A stretch of 64,000 nt of DNA from Corallochytrium limacisporum Hawaii (Eukaryota > Protista > Pluriformea): NCBI GenBank assembly GCA_002811645.1, contig PDIP01000007.1:62001-126000 (forward strand). The letters run 5' to 3'. Every line of letters begins with the position of its first letter. Within the stretch, counting starts at the first letter, position 1. The position numbers and the translations under genes are program-made. Positions 54,617-64,000 of the stretch are shown one piece after another. A model generated the notes under the pieces. It was not told where the DNA came from, made no database searches, and worked only from the letters and a program-made list of their open reading frames with translations.

Positions 54617-55330
54617 CTAGCAGCAGGTTTCAACGGTGAAGCCCTCGAATGTACCGAGCTCGCCAAAGTCTTCGTCATCCAAGTCATCGTCGTCTCCTTC
54701 GCCATCCTCGGCGTCACTGGGTTCAGGAGCACCTTCTTCGACATCACTGGGCGCGGGAGTGTCCTCGTCGTCAACATCACTGGGCTCGGGGGCGTCCACG
54801 TCGTCAACATCACTGGGCTCGGGGGCGTCCTCGTCGTCAACATCACTGGGCTCGGGGGCCTCTTCATCTTCAATGTCGCTGGGTTCAGGAGCATCAAGCT
54901 CGTCGACATCACTGGGTTCAGGGGCATCAAGCTCCCGGCGGTTCTCATCAACGATCACTGGTACACCAGTGGGCTCCTCAACAAGGGCCCTGCGGTTGCG
55001 ACCTTCGCTGGGTTCCGGGGGGGGGCTACCGCTTGGGTTAGGGTTACTGCTTGGGTTAGGGTTACCGCTTGGGTCAGGGGTACCGCTGGAGCTGGGGTCG
55101 CCGAGGCCGATAGCAGGGGGCAAAGGGGGCGAAGGGGGCGAGGGGGCAGGGTTGCGACGGCGGATCTGAGCAAGCTCTTCCTCAGTGGCACCATCTCCGA
55201 TTGGGACAGGGGGAGAAGGAGAAGGAAGTTGTCCGATGAGCACAGGTGCTCCATTTCCATTGGGCTCAGGTGCGGGGACGGCCGCGACCGAAAGAGCCAT
55301 GAACAAGATTGTGGCGGTCTTGGTGTACAT
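54617..55330 (-). CDS. Secreted Pro/Asp-rich prepropeptide-like precursor (237 aa)
   Basis: Signal peptide MYTKTATILFMALSVAA; RRR, RNRR and RR sites; seven acidic APEPSD-type repeats; C-terminal CC. Start at 55330 chosen because it exposes the signal peptide. Confidence 0.8.
   Translation of the reverse strand: MYTKTATILFMALSVAAVPAPEPNGNGAPVLIGQLPSPSPPVPIGDGATEEELAQIRRRNPAPSPPSPPLPPAIGLGDPSSSGTPDPSGNPNPSSNPNPSGSPPPEPSEGRNRRALVEEPTGVPVIVDENRRELDAPEPSDVDELDAPEPSDIEDEEAPEPSDVDDEDAPEPSDVDDVDAPEPSDVDDEDTPAPSDVEEGAPEPSDAEDGEGDDDDLDDEDFGELGTFEGFTVETCC
54704..54934 (-). repeat. Coding minisatellite, 33-bp unit x7
   Basis: Encodes (D/E)APEPSDVD(D/E)x repeats; variation between units keeps the reading frame. 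Confidence 0.9.
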
Positions 55331-57810
55331 TGTTACTTCTTTTGGGAACACGCAGAAAATGACAATGAAGTCAAGTATGTTACGTTTTGACTCAATAGTC
55401 AGGATCTTCTTCATTTGAATTTTTATTTATACCTGATCCGCACCTCGATCTCCAGAACACGGGTGCAGGTCTTTGAAAGGAAATTTTGACGCCGCAATCT
55501 CTTCTTGTGCGCCAGAGGCTCTTCCCTTTCCCCCCTCAAACCCCCCCCCCTCTTCCCCCACCCTAAACACATCTCCACCGTCCCTGCCTGATGCAACAAC
55601 TGCGAGCTCCTATACATGACGGCTCTTTAACAGGCATATCACAGGACAAAGGGCCGGGGGCCCGAAGTCATGAACCTATATTCGCAATAGTGCTGGAGAC
55701 AACATGTTGATCGGAAAAGGGACACGCTGGTGCACCGATGTGGGTGGGTGATGGGATGATAAGAGCGAAGTAAACGGGGTGTATGGGTGTATTAGATTTT
55801 GACTACTCGAGTGCACCGCCCACCGGTACTATTCTAATACACAAATGCATGTCACTTTTTGTAGAGTGCAGTATGGTGTGGCGAAGTGGTCAGCCATCGG
55901 CCCCGCAACCATCAGCATCCTCCCAAGCCAAATTCTGATCCACATTAGATGTTGAATTTCTTCTGTTCCAGACACATATCGTGTATTGAGTAGTTACAAC
56001 TCGGGAGATGATAGTGAGGGATAGCTGATTTACGGAGTGTATCAAGGATATTCGTGCTCAGCTGAGCACCCTCATTTGTGCGCTAGGTTGCTGCTCCCTT
56101 CCCCCCCCCCTTTTGCTTGGCTCCCCTTCCCCCCTCTCTGATATTCATTCGGTGGCTAATTTTCCATAGAAAACCTACCGGCACCAAGCGCGTACCCGCG
56201 GCAAAGCGCAGGAGAACGAAGTAAATGCCAGCGAAACTTCCTTTTGCGAAATTTCACCGTGGCGTCTAGGATTGGACTATTTCAAGAGGGGGAAGGGTGT
56301 GGGTGTCACCCCCCCCCCTTCCGTCCTTGTATGACGATCAGAGCAAGGCCTGTGAAGGCCCAAGGGTCTTGAGTCAAGTAAAGCAGCGCTTGACTGGATG
56401 AGGTGCAACCGCGCTGCCAATGTCTATTTATTGACAAAAAACTGTTCTAAATCCCGGGTCCGTGAAGTACCAGGATGATGTACATCAACAACGAGCCGGT
56501 CCGTTGACTCTGTAAAGACGGTCCTGCCGATCGTAAAGAGGTCAGCACCGTTCGCATCTAATCGAAGAGACGCATCTCTTCTCGACCCTAAGACACTTTC
56601 GCGGGCCGGCGAATGCACGAGAAATTGCGATGGAAAGCTGGTCTATGGTGTTTAGTATGCAATTGCTCCGATGCAAAGCCAAACACATGCAGCCAGAAAC
56701 CATGTTTATTCTTACCGATACATTAACGTAGATGCACTATCGTAGGAGTGGTTGTTTGTTACTTTGAAACAAATGTACATTGCCTTGACTGGTATCAAAT
56801 GATGCCCCTGTTTATTTTTGCGAGTCTAGGTGCGTCCTGCTGTTAGAGCAACACGGAACGCATAGGAGGGGAGATCGAGACTTCCGGGGAAGAGGCAGGA
56901 ACATAAGGTTAAAAGGCGAGCGGTCAATATATCGCACCCATGTGTGTTCATTGAACTCAATTGAGAGCCAGCCAGTTTGCTGTCGATTTGGTAGTGCAGG
57001 CCTGAACAACCGACTGTGTTCAGCATCTTGCCAATACAGCGAGATGATGAATGCTCCTATGATTGGCCTCTTGAAGGGAACGGCCTCTTAGTTGTAGTAT
57101 AGAAGCAAGATTGATGACCGAAGATGGTATACTCTTCTTGCTGAATCCTCACTCGCTCAACAGCATGTCATTGGGCATTAACCCGAAGGCTTGTCATGCA
57201 GTACTAGTGGTGCTATCGTGTTCAGCAGTGCAATTTGCAAAGCACATGCGACTCGTTTTCCAACATGATGGCAAAGGGTTGGGTGCTCAAGTTTGTGGAA
57301 ACGAAGATACCTTCGCCGGCTCGTGTTTTCGGAGGTTGGTACTCAATAGAACACGCTGTTGCGAATCCTAAGCTGATAGGGCCTAATAATTGCGAATATG
57401 CCGGCCGGCTCGATCTGGTCCTGACCGAATTCTATTTGCCACGCCTGTCAAATGTGATTGACATGAGTCTTTTATTCACGGCGGTACATCGATGCCCTGT
57501 CAAACGAAAGACTTGTACACGAAGCGACTATACTGTATCTATACGCTCCCGGGCCTGCACAACCGGGACAGGTGTCCATTTTTTGGAGGGGTCACCATTT
57601 GCGTTTCTTTTCATCGAGGGGTGCACAACACATCGCACCCTGTCGACCTAAGTTCTATAGAAATGTCTCAGCCTTCTGAGGAGGGGAGCGGGAACCATTG
57701 CCAATAAGGTGATCGTCGAAGCCTTGATTGCTGGTTTGGGGCTCGGGAAGGGGTGTTGGGGGGGGGGGAAGAAGGGGGGGAACTTTGCCCTGCCTCTACC
57801 TAACCCGCCC

Positions 57811-57994
57811 NNNNNNNNNNNNNNNNNNNNNNNNNNNNNNNNNNNNNNNNNNNNNNNNNNNNNNNNNNNNNNNNNNNNNNNNNNNNNNNNNNNNNNNNNN
57901 NNNNNNNNNNNNNNNNNNNNNNNNNNNNNNNNNNNNNNNNNNNNNNNNNNNNNNNNNNNNNNNNNNNNNNNNNNNNNNNNNNNNNNNNNNNNNN
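57811..57994. other. Assembly gap (184 N) flanked by a near-identical ~47-bp sequence
   Basis: GGGGGGAAGAAGGGGG(G/T)GAACTTTGCCCTGCCTCTACCTAACCCGCCC lies on both sides of the gap. Confidence 0.95.
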
Positions 57995-59986
57995 GGGGGG
58001 AAGAAGGGGGTGAACTTTGCCCTGCCTCTACCTAACCCGCCCTGTCTGTGGACGGTGGTGGAAGCAACGCGGTGAAGGCTTTAGATTGACTGTATCACTG
58101 TTGGTTTGAGTCCACGTAGCAATAGGAATTGGTTTGAATCATAGGTGCGGAACAACATCACCATCAGCACATGTGCGTTCCCGAATGGCTCGGTCAGATA
58201 AAAATCTAACGCACTAAACAACAGCATCGCAAGAACACATGCACAAACCCCATGCTGAATCGCATGCAACGTCATCGCCAGTAACAGACGCACCCGTAAC
58301 ACATCCAGAAGCAGAGTTGAGAGAATGTCTTCACGCATACACAAGTGTGTAAGTTATGTAGTAAACAAGAGTGGGGTTGCATGGCCTTGGTAGCCCTCAG
58401 TGAAGATGATTTGATCCAAATCTTGCGGCAGTTGGTCTCCACCCGCATGAATCGCGCTCGTGCATCGGTTGGGCAGTCAACCCCCACTTCCGTAACCCAT
58501 AGAGTATTAATTCAAGACCACGAGTGCGGTATTTCGCAAGGCTCCGCATTGCGGCCAGACGGCCAAACTGGAAGTTTTTTTTTTGTTGGCAACCTTAAAA
58601 AATCGGCCTCAAGAAAGACAGACCGATGGTGCATTGGAATTTGTACATGTATTCACAGTCAAGTGAAACACACGACAAACGGATGGAATATGCACGCCTG
58701 CTGGATCCCCTGCAGCGCCTACAGTTGCTGTTGCGATTGCAAGTGTTTACATGCGGCAGCACCGGTCCAGTAACGAAAGTATTAAGTTTCCTTACCGATT
58801 TTGCATCGGCAAGAGAAAGCTCCTGGGGAAGGTGCGCCTGCTGCTGCAGCACTACTCCTTGTCGGCGCCCCTGCTCCGCGCGACAGTATACAGGGCTGTG
58901 CGCATGGGGACGAAAGAAGGCTGACGGGAGGGGGGGGGGCAGCTGGTGTGGGTCTGAGAACTGTTTCAATACCCGCGCAGTCACTTGACGCCTTCAATGG
59001 CTGCGCATCCGGATTCAGGAGAGGCAACCATGAGTGTATTCAGTCAGCTGCGCACTTACAGGCCGGGCCTATGTGACAGCTGGGCCGCTTTACTACTAAC
59101 CCGCATGTTCCCAAACCCTGCATGCTGCACTTGGCCAGACTGCCCGCCGTTCGGACGACCCATGGGGTCTTCGACCGCAACCGCTCCCAAGTCCACGGAG
59201 CTGATCTGTGCGGCTCCTCTCGGTTGTTGGGAAGAAAGTAAGAAAAAGGTTAGAGAGGTGGATTCCAAGGGTGACAAGGGGGGGTTCTTTGAAATATTTC
59301 GATTTTCCCAATCTGCGCTCTCAGCCCGGAAAACAAGTGAAAACCATGGGTCCGGCGGGAGGCTGCCCCGGGCTCAAGACAACTGAGAGATGCAGCAGGC
59401 CGCTGCCACCTGGGCGGGTGCGTTTGGGGTCCGCGGTACCGGTACTCGAAATATAGAACCCCGCTTGCTGTGTCGTTCATCGGGTCCGTCCGGTCGGAGT
59501 CGGGTGCGGGGTTTGGAAAGGCAGTAGAGAACGCATCCACATGCCCCTGCTACGCAGCGGCGGAAAGGGGCCACCAGTGGTGGTCTCTATGCGCCAGAGG
59601 TGCGAACTTGCTGGGTTCTCAGGTTTGGGTTGACTGAAGGGCCTCCCAGGCGCGAATTTTTTGAAAATGTAAGCCATCCCTATTATCTTGAATATACTGC
59701 TGAAGTGACACCGAAAATAGATCCGGAAATCTGTAGTTTCCAGGTATCAAAAGATTTCCGTAGACTTTGACATGTGTGAGTATTAAATAACACACCATTG
59801 ATGCAGAATATCGTCCGGGCACACTGCAATAAGCACCCAACTTTCCATCTCGACTGAGTATTGTACGAATGGTTCAAATCTTTCTGGCTATGATTTGATA
59901 AGCGCAACTATTAAAATGGCAGTTCAGACTTGAGCAGCCTTGTTTCCTTCGTTCCCAGATTAAGAGTTGGTTGAGGTTGTGGAGCT

Positions 59987-61900
59987 ATGCAGACCGCTAG
60001 CACTCCAGGAAGTGCTACCGTCACCCTACCAAGGGAACCTTCTGGAGTTTCACTGAGTAGTATTCCAAACCAATCTGAACAAGATGCTGTTACCTTGACT
60101 GACGTTCGGGAGCTTCTAGAAATGTTTTCAAGGGCGGAACTGCCTGAGATCTTTGAAACCGGAGCACACGACAAGCACCAAAGAAAAGTCGAAGAGCTTA
60201 TCGCGCGAGACTACGAATATGAGATAATTGATAACGGAGCCAACGACTTATGTACATCATATCCCCGCCGAATTCTATTCATGACTGGAACAAAGGGAGA
60301 GCAGACAAGAAAACAGGCTGAGGAAGTCACTCAATTGGCAAAGGAGGCGAAGTACGCAAGATGTCGCTGTCGGGGGGTTATGCCCGTTTTGAGAGTCAAC
60401 GACCGCAATGTATGTCGATCGGCGACCTTGAGCAATGAAAAAGAAATGAACCTGAATAGTGCGCAGGCAGCATTCAAACGATTCTGGATTGGGCTCAACA
60501 ACAAACTGGGCGATGGCCCCAACAGTCCGCCAATATCAACGTCCGATGCAAAGGAATCATCGGATGTAGGTTTCGAACAACCTCTGTCAGGGAGTGTGTC
60601 GTGGCCAGCAGGAGTTAATGTGCAGGCACAGAGAGCTGCTGACATAAACTTGCTTAAACACTTGCGAATCGGAACCATTGTGGATCTGATGGTCGAGCAC
60701 TGCAAGGTTAAGTATGGCATGACTGTTTGTAGCAGTGAGAAGGCAGACTCATTGAAACGATACCATGAAGCTGGTTTTGATATTCTAGCCATGCCATATC
60801 CAGGTGTGGAAGCATTTGCACAATTTTCCAGTATGACTTCAGCCCTCATGTTCCAAGGTGAGTTTGATTGGAGCAACCCGGAAATAGATGTAGAGTTGAA
60901 CCTCACAGACGAGCAGGCCTTGGCGGACGAGGTTAGCATGGATTGGGAACAGTACAGGAAGTGGAGCATTGTTCGTCTTACGGTAAATTATACCCTGTTG
61001 CTTCACAAGCTGCTCATGAGACCTCCCAAACAAGGCGAGGAAGATAATATTGAACACGGACACGGTATCCTGATTCATTGCATCTCTGGCTGGGACCGTA
61101 CCCCCCTATTTGTGTCGCTTCTGCGCATGCTTCTCTGGGCGGAAGGCAAGGTACATAAGTCTCTAACTGCAATCGAGTTGCTGTATCTGACCCTTGCCTA
61201 CGATTGGTTCCTGTTCGGACACTTGTTCAAGGACCGGCGTTCTCGTGGAGAGGATATTTTAAAATTCTGTTTCCATGTCATGCCTGCTTTGGCAACAATT
61301 ATGCGATCAAGGAACGCTAGTGTCTCGGAGGAGCCCAAGGAAGATCTGGCAGTTTCATTCAAGACAATTATCGGCGAGGCGGTGGAGGGTCCGGAACACT
61401 TCAGTCTCAACGAAGAAAATGACGACCCATTGGAAGATATCGACCCTGCTGGTCCGGGCACGGATATTATTTCCCTCGACATGGGCATGTCAAGTCTTAG
61501 TTTGGCGGTGGAAGTTGAGGAAGAGGTAAACGATGCTGGTAACGATCAGACATTCACTCGCAGTGAAGCCATTCCCATCTCTAGCCAGCCACTACCAAGA
61601 CATCTGGCTACTAGTGTTTCCACCGCTCGCAGTACTAGCGCATCAGTTCATTCCTACCAACGGAGCGAGACTTCCAGTGGTGCCCATGGATCCTTGCAGC
61701 ATGGAAGCTGGCAGATGGTTGGCGAGGACAACATGTTGAACCGTATGCAACAGTCACGCCGGGATGCGGAGTCCCAGAGCATTCAAAAGCTTCAGCAACT
61801 GCAGACACTGTTTGTGAATTCTTGGGCTCGCAGTGTGGGCAGTGGAGCCGGATACTCGGAAGGCTTTTGGGGATGGATGTCACAATACAATCCACAATAG
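59987..61900 (+). CDS. MTMR14: Myotubularin-related protein 14 (PI3P phosphatase)
   Basis: Catalytic HCISGWDRTPLF; CRSATL, DLMVE..KVKYGM, PYPG.E.F, LAYDWFLFGH. Confidence 0.93.
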   Translation: MQTASTPGSATVTLPREPSGVSLSSIPNQSEQDAVTLTDVRELLEMFSRAELPEIFETGAHDKHQRKVEELIARDYEYEIIDNGANDLCTSYPRRILFMTGTKGEQTRKQAEEVTQLAKEAKYARCRCRGVMPVLRVNDRNVCRSATLSNEKEMNLNSAQAAFKRFWIGLNNKLGDGPNSPPISTSDAKESSDVGFEQPLSGSVSWPAGVNVQAQRAADINLLKHLRIGTIVDLMVEHCKVKYGMTVCSSEKADSLKRYHEAGFDILAMPYPGVEAFAQFSSMTSALMFQGEFDWSNPEIDVELNLTDEQALADEVSMDWEQYRKWSIVRLTVNYTLLLHKLLMRPPKQGEEDNIEHGHGILIHCISGWDRTPLFVSLLRMLLWAEGKVHKSLTAIELLYLTLAYDWFLFGHLFKDRRSRGEDILKFCFHVMPALATIMRSRNASVSEEPKEDLAVSFKTIIGEAVEGPEHFSLNEENDDPLEDIDPAGPGTDIISLDMGMSSLSLAVEVEEEVNDAGNDQTFTRSEAIPISSQPLPRHLATSVSTARSTSASVHSYQRSETSSGAHGSLQHGSWQMVGEDNMLNRMQQSRRDAESQSIQKLQQLQTLFVNSWARSVGSGAGYSEGFWGWMSQYNPQ

Positions 61901-61968
61901 ACAAGCATATAGAGTAACAGAGTTCAGGATAGCTGACAGTGAGTGTCAGTGTATTATATCAAGTGCGG

Positions 61969-62448
61969 CTAAGCGTCGCGGGTCACAGATGCCATCTGCC
62001 CGCTTTCGTCGCTCATCAGGTACGCTCGTTGTTCTGCAAGGAAATCTTCAAACTGGCCAGCTTCCTTTAGGCCATCAAAGTTCCAGTCACCCTCCAGACT
62101 CGAGCGAAGGTCCTCTTTGATCACGTAGAAACTAGCACGGAAGTAGCCGCCGGTCTCCAGTTCGATTGTGTCAGTCGTACGATAATATTCATCTCCTTCG
62201 TATCGGTCGAGGACGCCCATTTCATGTGGCGCCACCATAGCCATCACACCATCGACTTGAGAGCCTCGTTTCGGTTGAATACCAGGATAGAGACAGTCCT
62301 TAACGCGCTTCCGCTCGTAGTCTTGCAAGACTGCTGGCTTCACATCCAATTCCCTTCCCAGTACCATTTTCGATACTTTCGGGCTCATCAGGGTGCCATA
62401 CCAGAAGCAAGGCACCTCTTTAGGAATCTCATCACCTCTAGGTGCCAT
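61969..62448 (-). CDS. Gamma-glutamylcyclotransferase / AIG2-like protein
   Basis: FWYGTLM, YPGI, VDGV, LDRYEGDEYYR motifs. Confidence 0.88.
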   Translation of the reverse strand: MAPRGDEIPKEVPCFWYGTLMSPKVSKMVLGRELDVKPAVLQDYERKRVKDCLYPGIQPKRGSQVDGVMAMVAPHEMGVLDRYEGDEYYRTTDTIELETGGYFRASFYVIKEDLRSSLEGDWNFDGLKEAGQFEDFLAEQRAYLMSDESGQMASVTRDA

Positions 62449-62495
62449 ACTTTTCGTTTTTTTAATATAAATCGAGCGAGCTCCGCAGATTAGGT

Positions 62496-62666
62496 TTATC
62501 TCGCTTCAAACTGACCCACACCACGAGTACGTTTCTTGTACAGAATCCGATTTCCGCAACGCTGGCAACGAATAGTGTTCTCGCTAGGCTTTACTTCAGT
62601 GTCTTGTCCACAGTTTCCACAGACATAAGTCATTCCAGTTGTAATAATGGGCTGGGCTCCATCCAT
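62496..62666 (-). CDS. POLR2K: RNA polymerase I/II/III shared subunit RPABC4/Rpb12 (56 aa; below the ORF-track cut-off)
   Basis: Manual translation gives MDGAQPIITTGMTYVCGNCGQDTEVKPSENTIRCQRCGNRILYKKRTRGVGQFEAR*, with a C4 zinc ribbon and the RILYKKRT..QFEAR signature. Confidence 0.96.
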   Translation of the reverse strand: MDGAQPIITTGMTYVCGNCGQDTEVKPSENTIRCQRCGNRILYKKRTRGVGQFEAR

Positions 62667-63438
62667 TTTGATCGAATACCCGAAATGGGGGAGGGTAGGG
62701 ACTCCGATAATTAATACGTGAGTCTACGGAACTCCTTGTCTCAGCCTGAGGACATGAGCGCCAGATTTACATCAGGCCAAAGCTTATATACCATTGTAGA
62801 ACCTGTGCAGACACAAAATTATCGTGCAGTAGTATGATTTTATCGACTACGTTGCTATCTGCGTTAATAGAATTGCTGGAAACCCGTGCCACGATGAAAC
62901 GCACCCGATGTTGCCTGTTCCTTCCACCCACGGAATATATTATCATACCACGCGCCCTCCTTCTGTCCTGTCTGCAATTTCCTGCCTTGAAATTGATGGC
63001 TAATCCGTATATCAAAATTATTGAATCGCGCGATAGAAAGAGATATTAGTACACTCTTGTGCGCGCTACTGCAAAGCCAGTGTTGGAAAGGAAAAGCCCC
63101 GTGGGGCTATCGCTGCAGTATTGCCCCCCGGGGGGGGGGGGCCTAAACAAACACTCTGGTTCGGAAGTTTCAACTGCAGGTGGGGATTGTGGGCGGTCTT
63201 TGGCTGGCGAGTGTTACTCAGCTCCACCACCAACCCTCCGCCGCTTTGGAACGGCACTGTTCTGTAGGTCGCGGATTGGTGAATGGCTTGGATACGATGC
63301 TTGGTGTTAGAATTAGATATGATGTTGTTTACAAAGACTCGAAGACTACTTCAAAGCATATGCATGATTTGTATACAAAATCCAATAGTTAACAGTCAAC
63401 TTAGTAGGTGATGTTCCGGGCAGCGTATACCGTTAATC

Positions 63439-63843
63439 ATGTCGGGTTCAATCAATGTCGGCGCTCCTAAACAGGATATGCCTCCTCAGGGAGGATACCC
63501 TGCTATCAGCTACCGCCGTCAGCACACTCCCCCTCGGTTTAGTGGTTTTATGAAGTTTGCTATTGCTGGAGCTGTGATGGCTGGTGGTCTTCTCGTGACG
63601 GCGTACAGCCAAAATGAACGTCGCAATCTCGATCGAGAAAAGGTTCTTACACGCATTGCCCTAGTCCCTCTGCTGCAGGCCGAAGAAGATCGTCGTTTCC
63701 TGCGGGAATACAAGAAGTATCTTGAGGATGAAGAGAAGATTATGGCGGGTGTTCCAGGTTGGAAGGTCGGTGAACGACCATACAATACTGATCGCTGGGT
63801 GCCTCCGGCGGAGCCACCAATTGCTGGTACTCGTCTCCGGTGA
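63439..63843 (+). CDS. NDUFA13: Complex I subunit NDUFA13/GRIM-19
   Basis: KQDMPPQGGY, RIALVPLLQAEEDR, IMAGVPGWKVGE..YNTDRWVPP. Confidence 0.95.
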   Translation: MSGSINVGAPKQDMPPQGGYPAISYRRQHTPPRFSGFMKFAIAGAVMAGGLLVTAYSQNERRNLDREKVLTRIALVPLLQAEEDRRFLREYKKYLEDEEKIMAGVPGWKVGERPYNTDRWVPPAEPPIAGTRLR

Positions 63844-64000
63844 ATGAGACGTTTTGAAAAGCATACAAACATAAAATACAATATAGTGACATTGGTATTC
63901 TTTAATCTTAGGGCTTGGTGTGCTCACTTTCTTAGTATAACGACGGAGGGATCTTTGACCAATATCTCGCGCAACTGGAGGGGACTGATGCCCACTTGAC

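Noticed and set aside
55030-55080. GGGTTAGGGTTA telomere-like repeats
   Set aside because: They are the antisense of codons for the PSxNPN repeats in the secreted protein, not an interstitial telomere.
54500-55390. Long + strand ORFs (296, 177 and 130 aa) over the repeat gene
   Set aside because: Antisense shadows of a GC-rich coding minisatellite; only the minus frame has a signal peptide and coherent organisation.
59724-59760. 9-bp inverted repeat CGGAAATCT...AGATTTCCG upstream of MTMR14
   Set aside because: Too short and isolated; no target-site duplication or second copy to suggest a MITE.
1-64000. tRNA, rRNA, spliceosomal snRNA, CRISPR or transposase/RT genes
   Set aside because: No cloverleaf, snRNA signature, repeat-spacer array or mobile-element ORF was recognised by eye; tRNAscan-SE and Infernal would be needed to exclude them formally.

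Overview
Gene-dense eukaryotic nuclear DNA with about 27 protein-coding genes. Every recognisable CDS is an uninterrupted, intron-free ORF. The gene set (Ku80 with a DNA-PKcs-binding tail, animal/fungal-type Tom20, ORP5/8, DENND6, MOB2, MTMR14, DH-PH RhoGEF, plus monopolin Csm1) suggests a unicellular opisthokont/holozoan. An intron-poor lineage such as Corallochytrium would fit, but this is inference only. Two genes are wrong or absent in the ORF track: a selenocysteine MsrA (in-frame TGA in G-U-F-W, with a canonical SECIS in the 3' UTR) and a 56-aa RPB12. The most unusual items are: (i) a Tom20 with three tandem receptor domains; (ii) a mitochondrion-targeted orphan with an ADP-ribosyltransferase-like HGT motif; (iii) a secreted prepropeptide-like precursor with dibasic sites, X-Pro dipeptides and acidic repeats; (iv) a head-to-head Csm1/Spc25 kinetochore gene pair; (v) a perfect 5-unit heat-shock element upstream of the HSF gene; (vi) recurrent intergenic GTACTGAAT motifs and C(n)G(m) tracts. 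There is one 184-N assembly gap. No tRNA, rRNA, CRISPR array or recognisable transposon was found. All family assignments come from motif recognition by eye, not from database searches.
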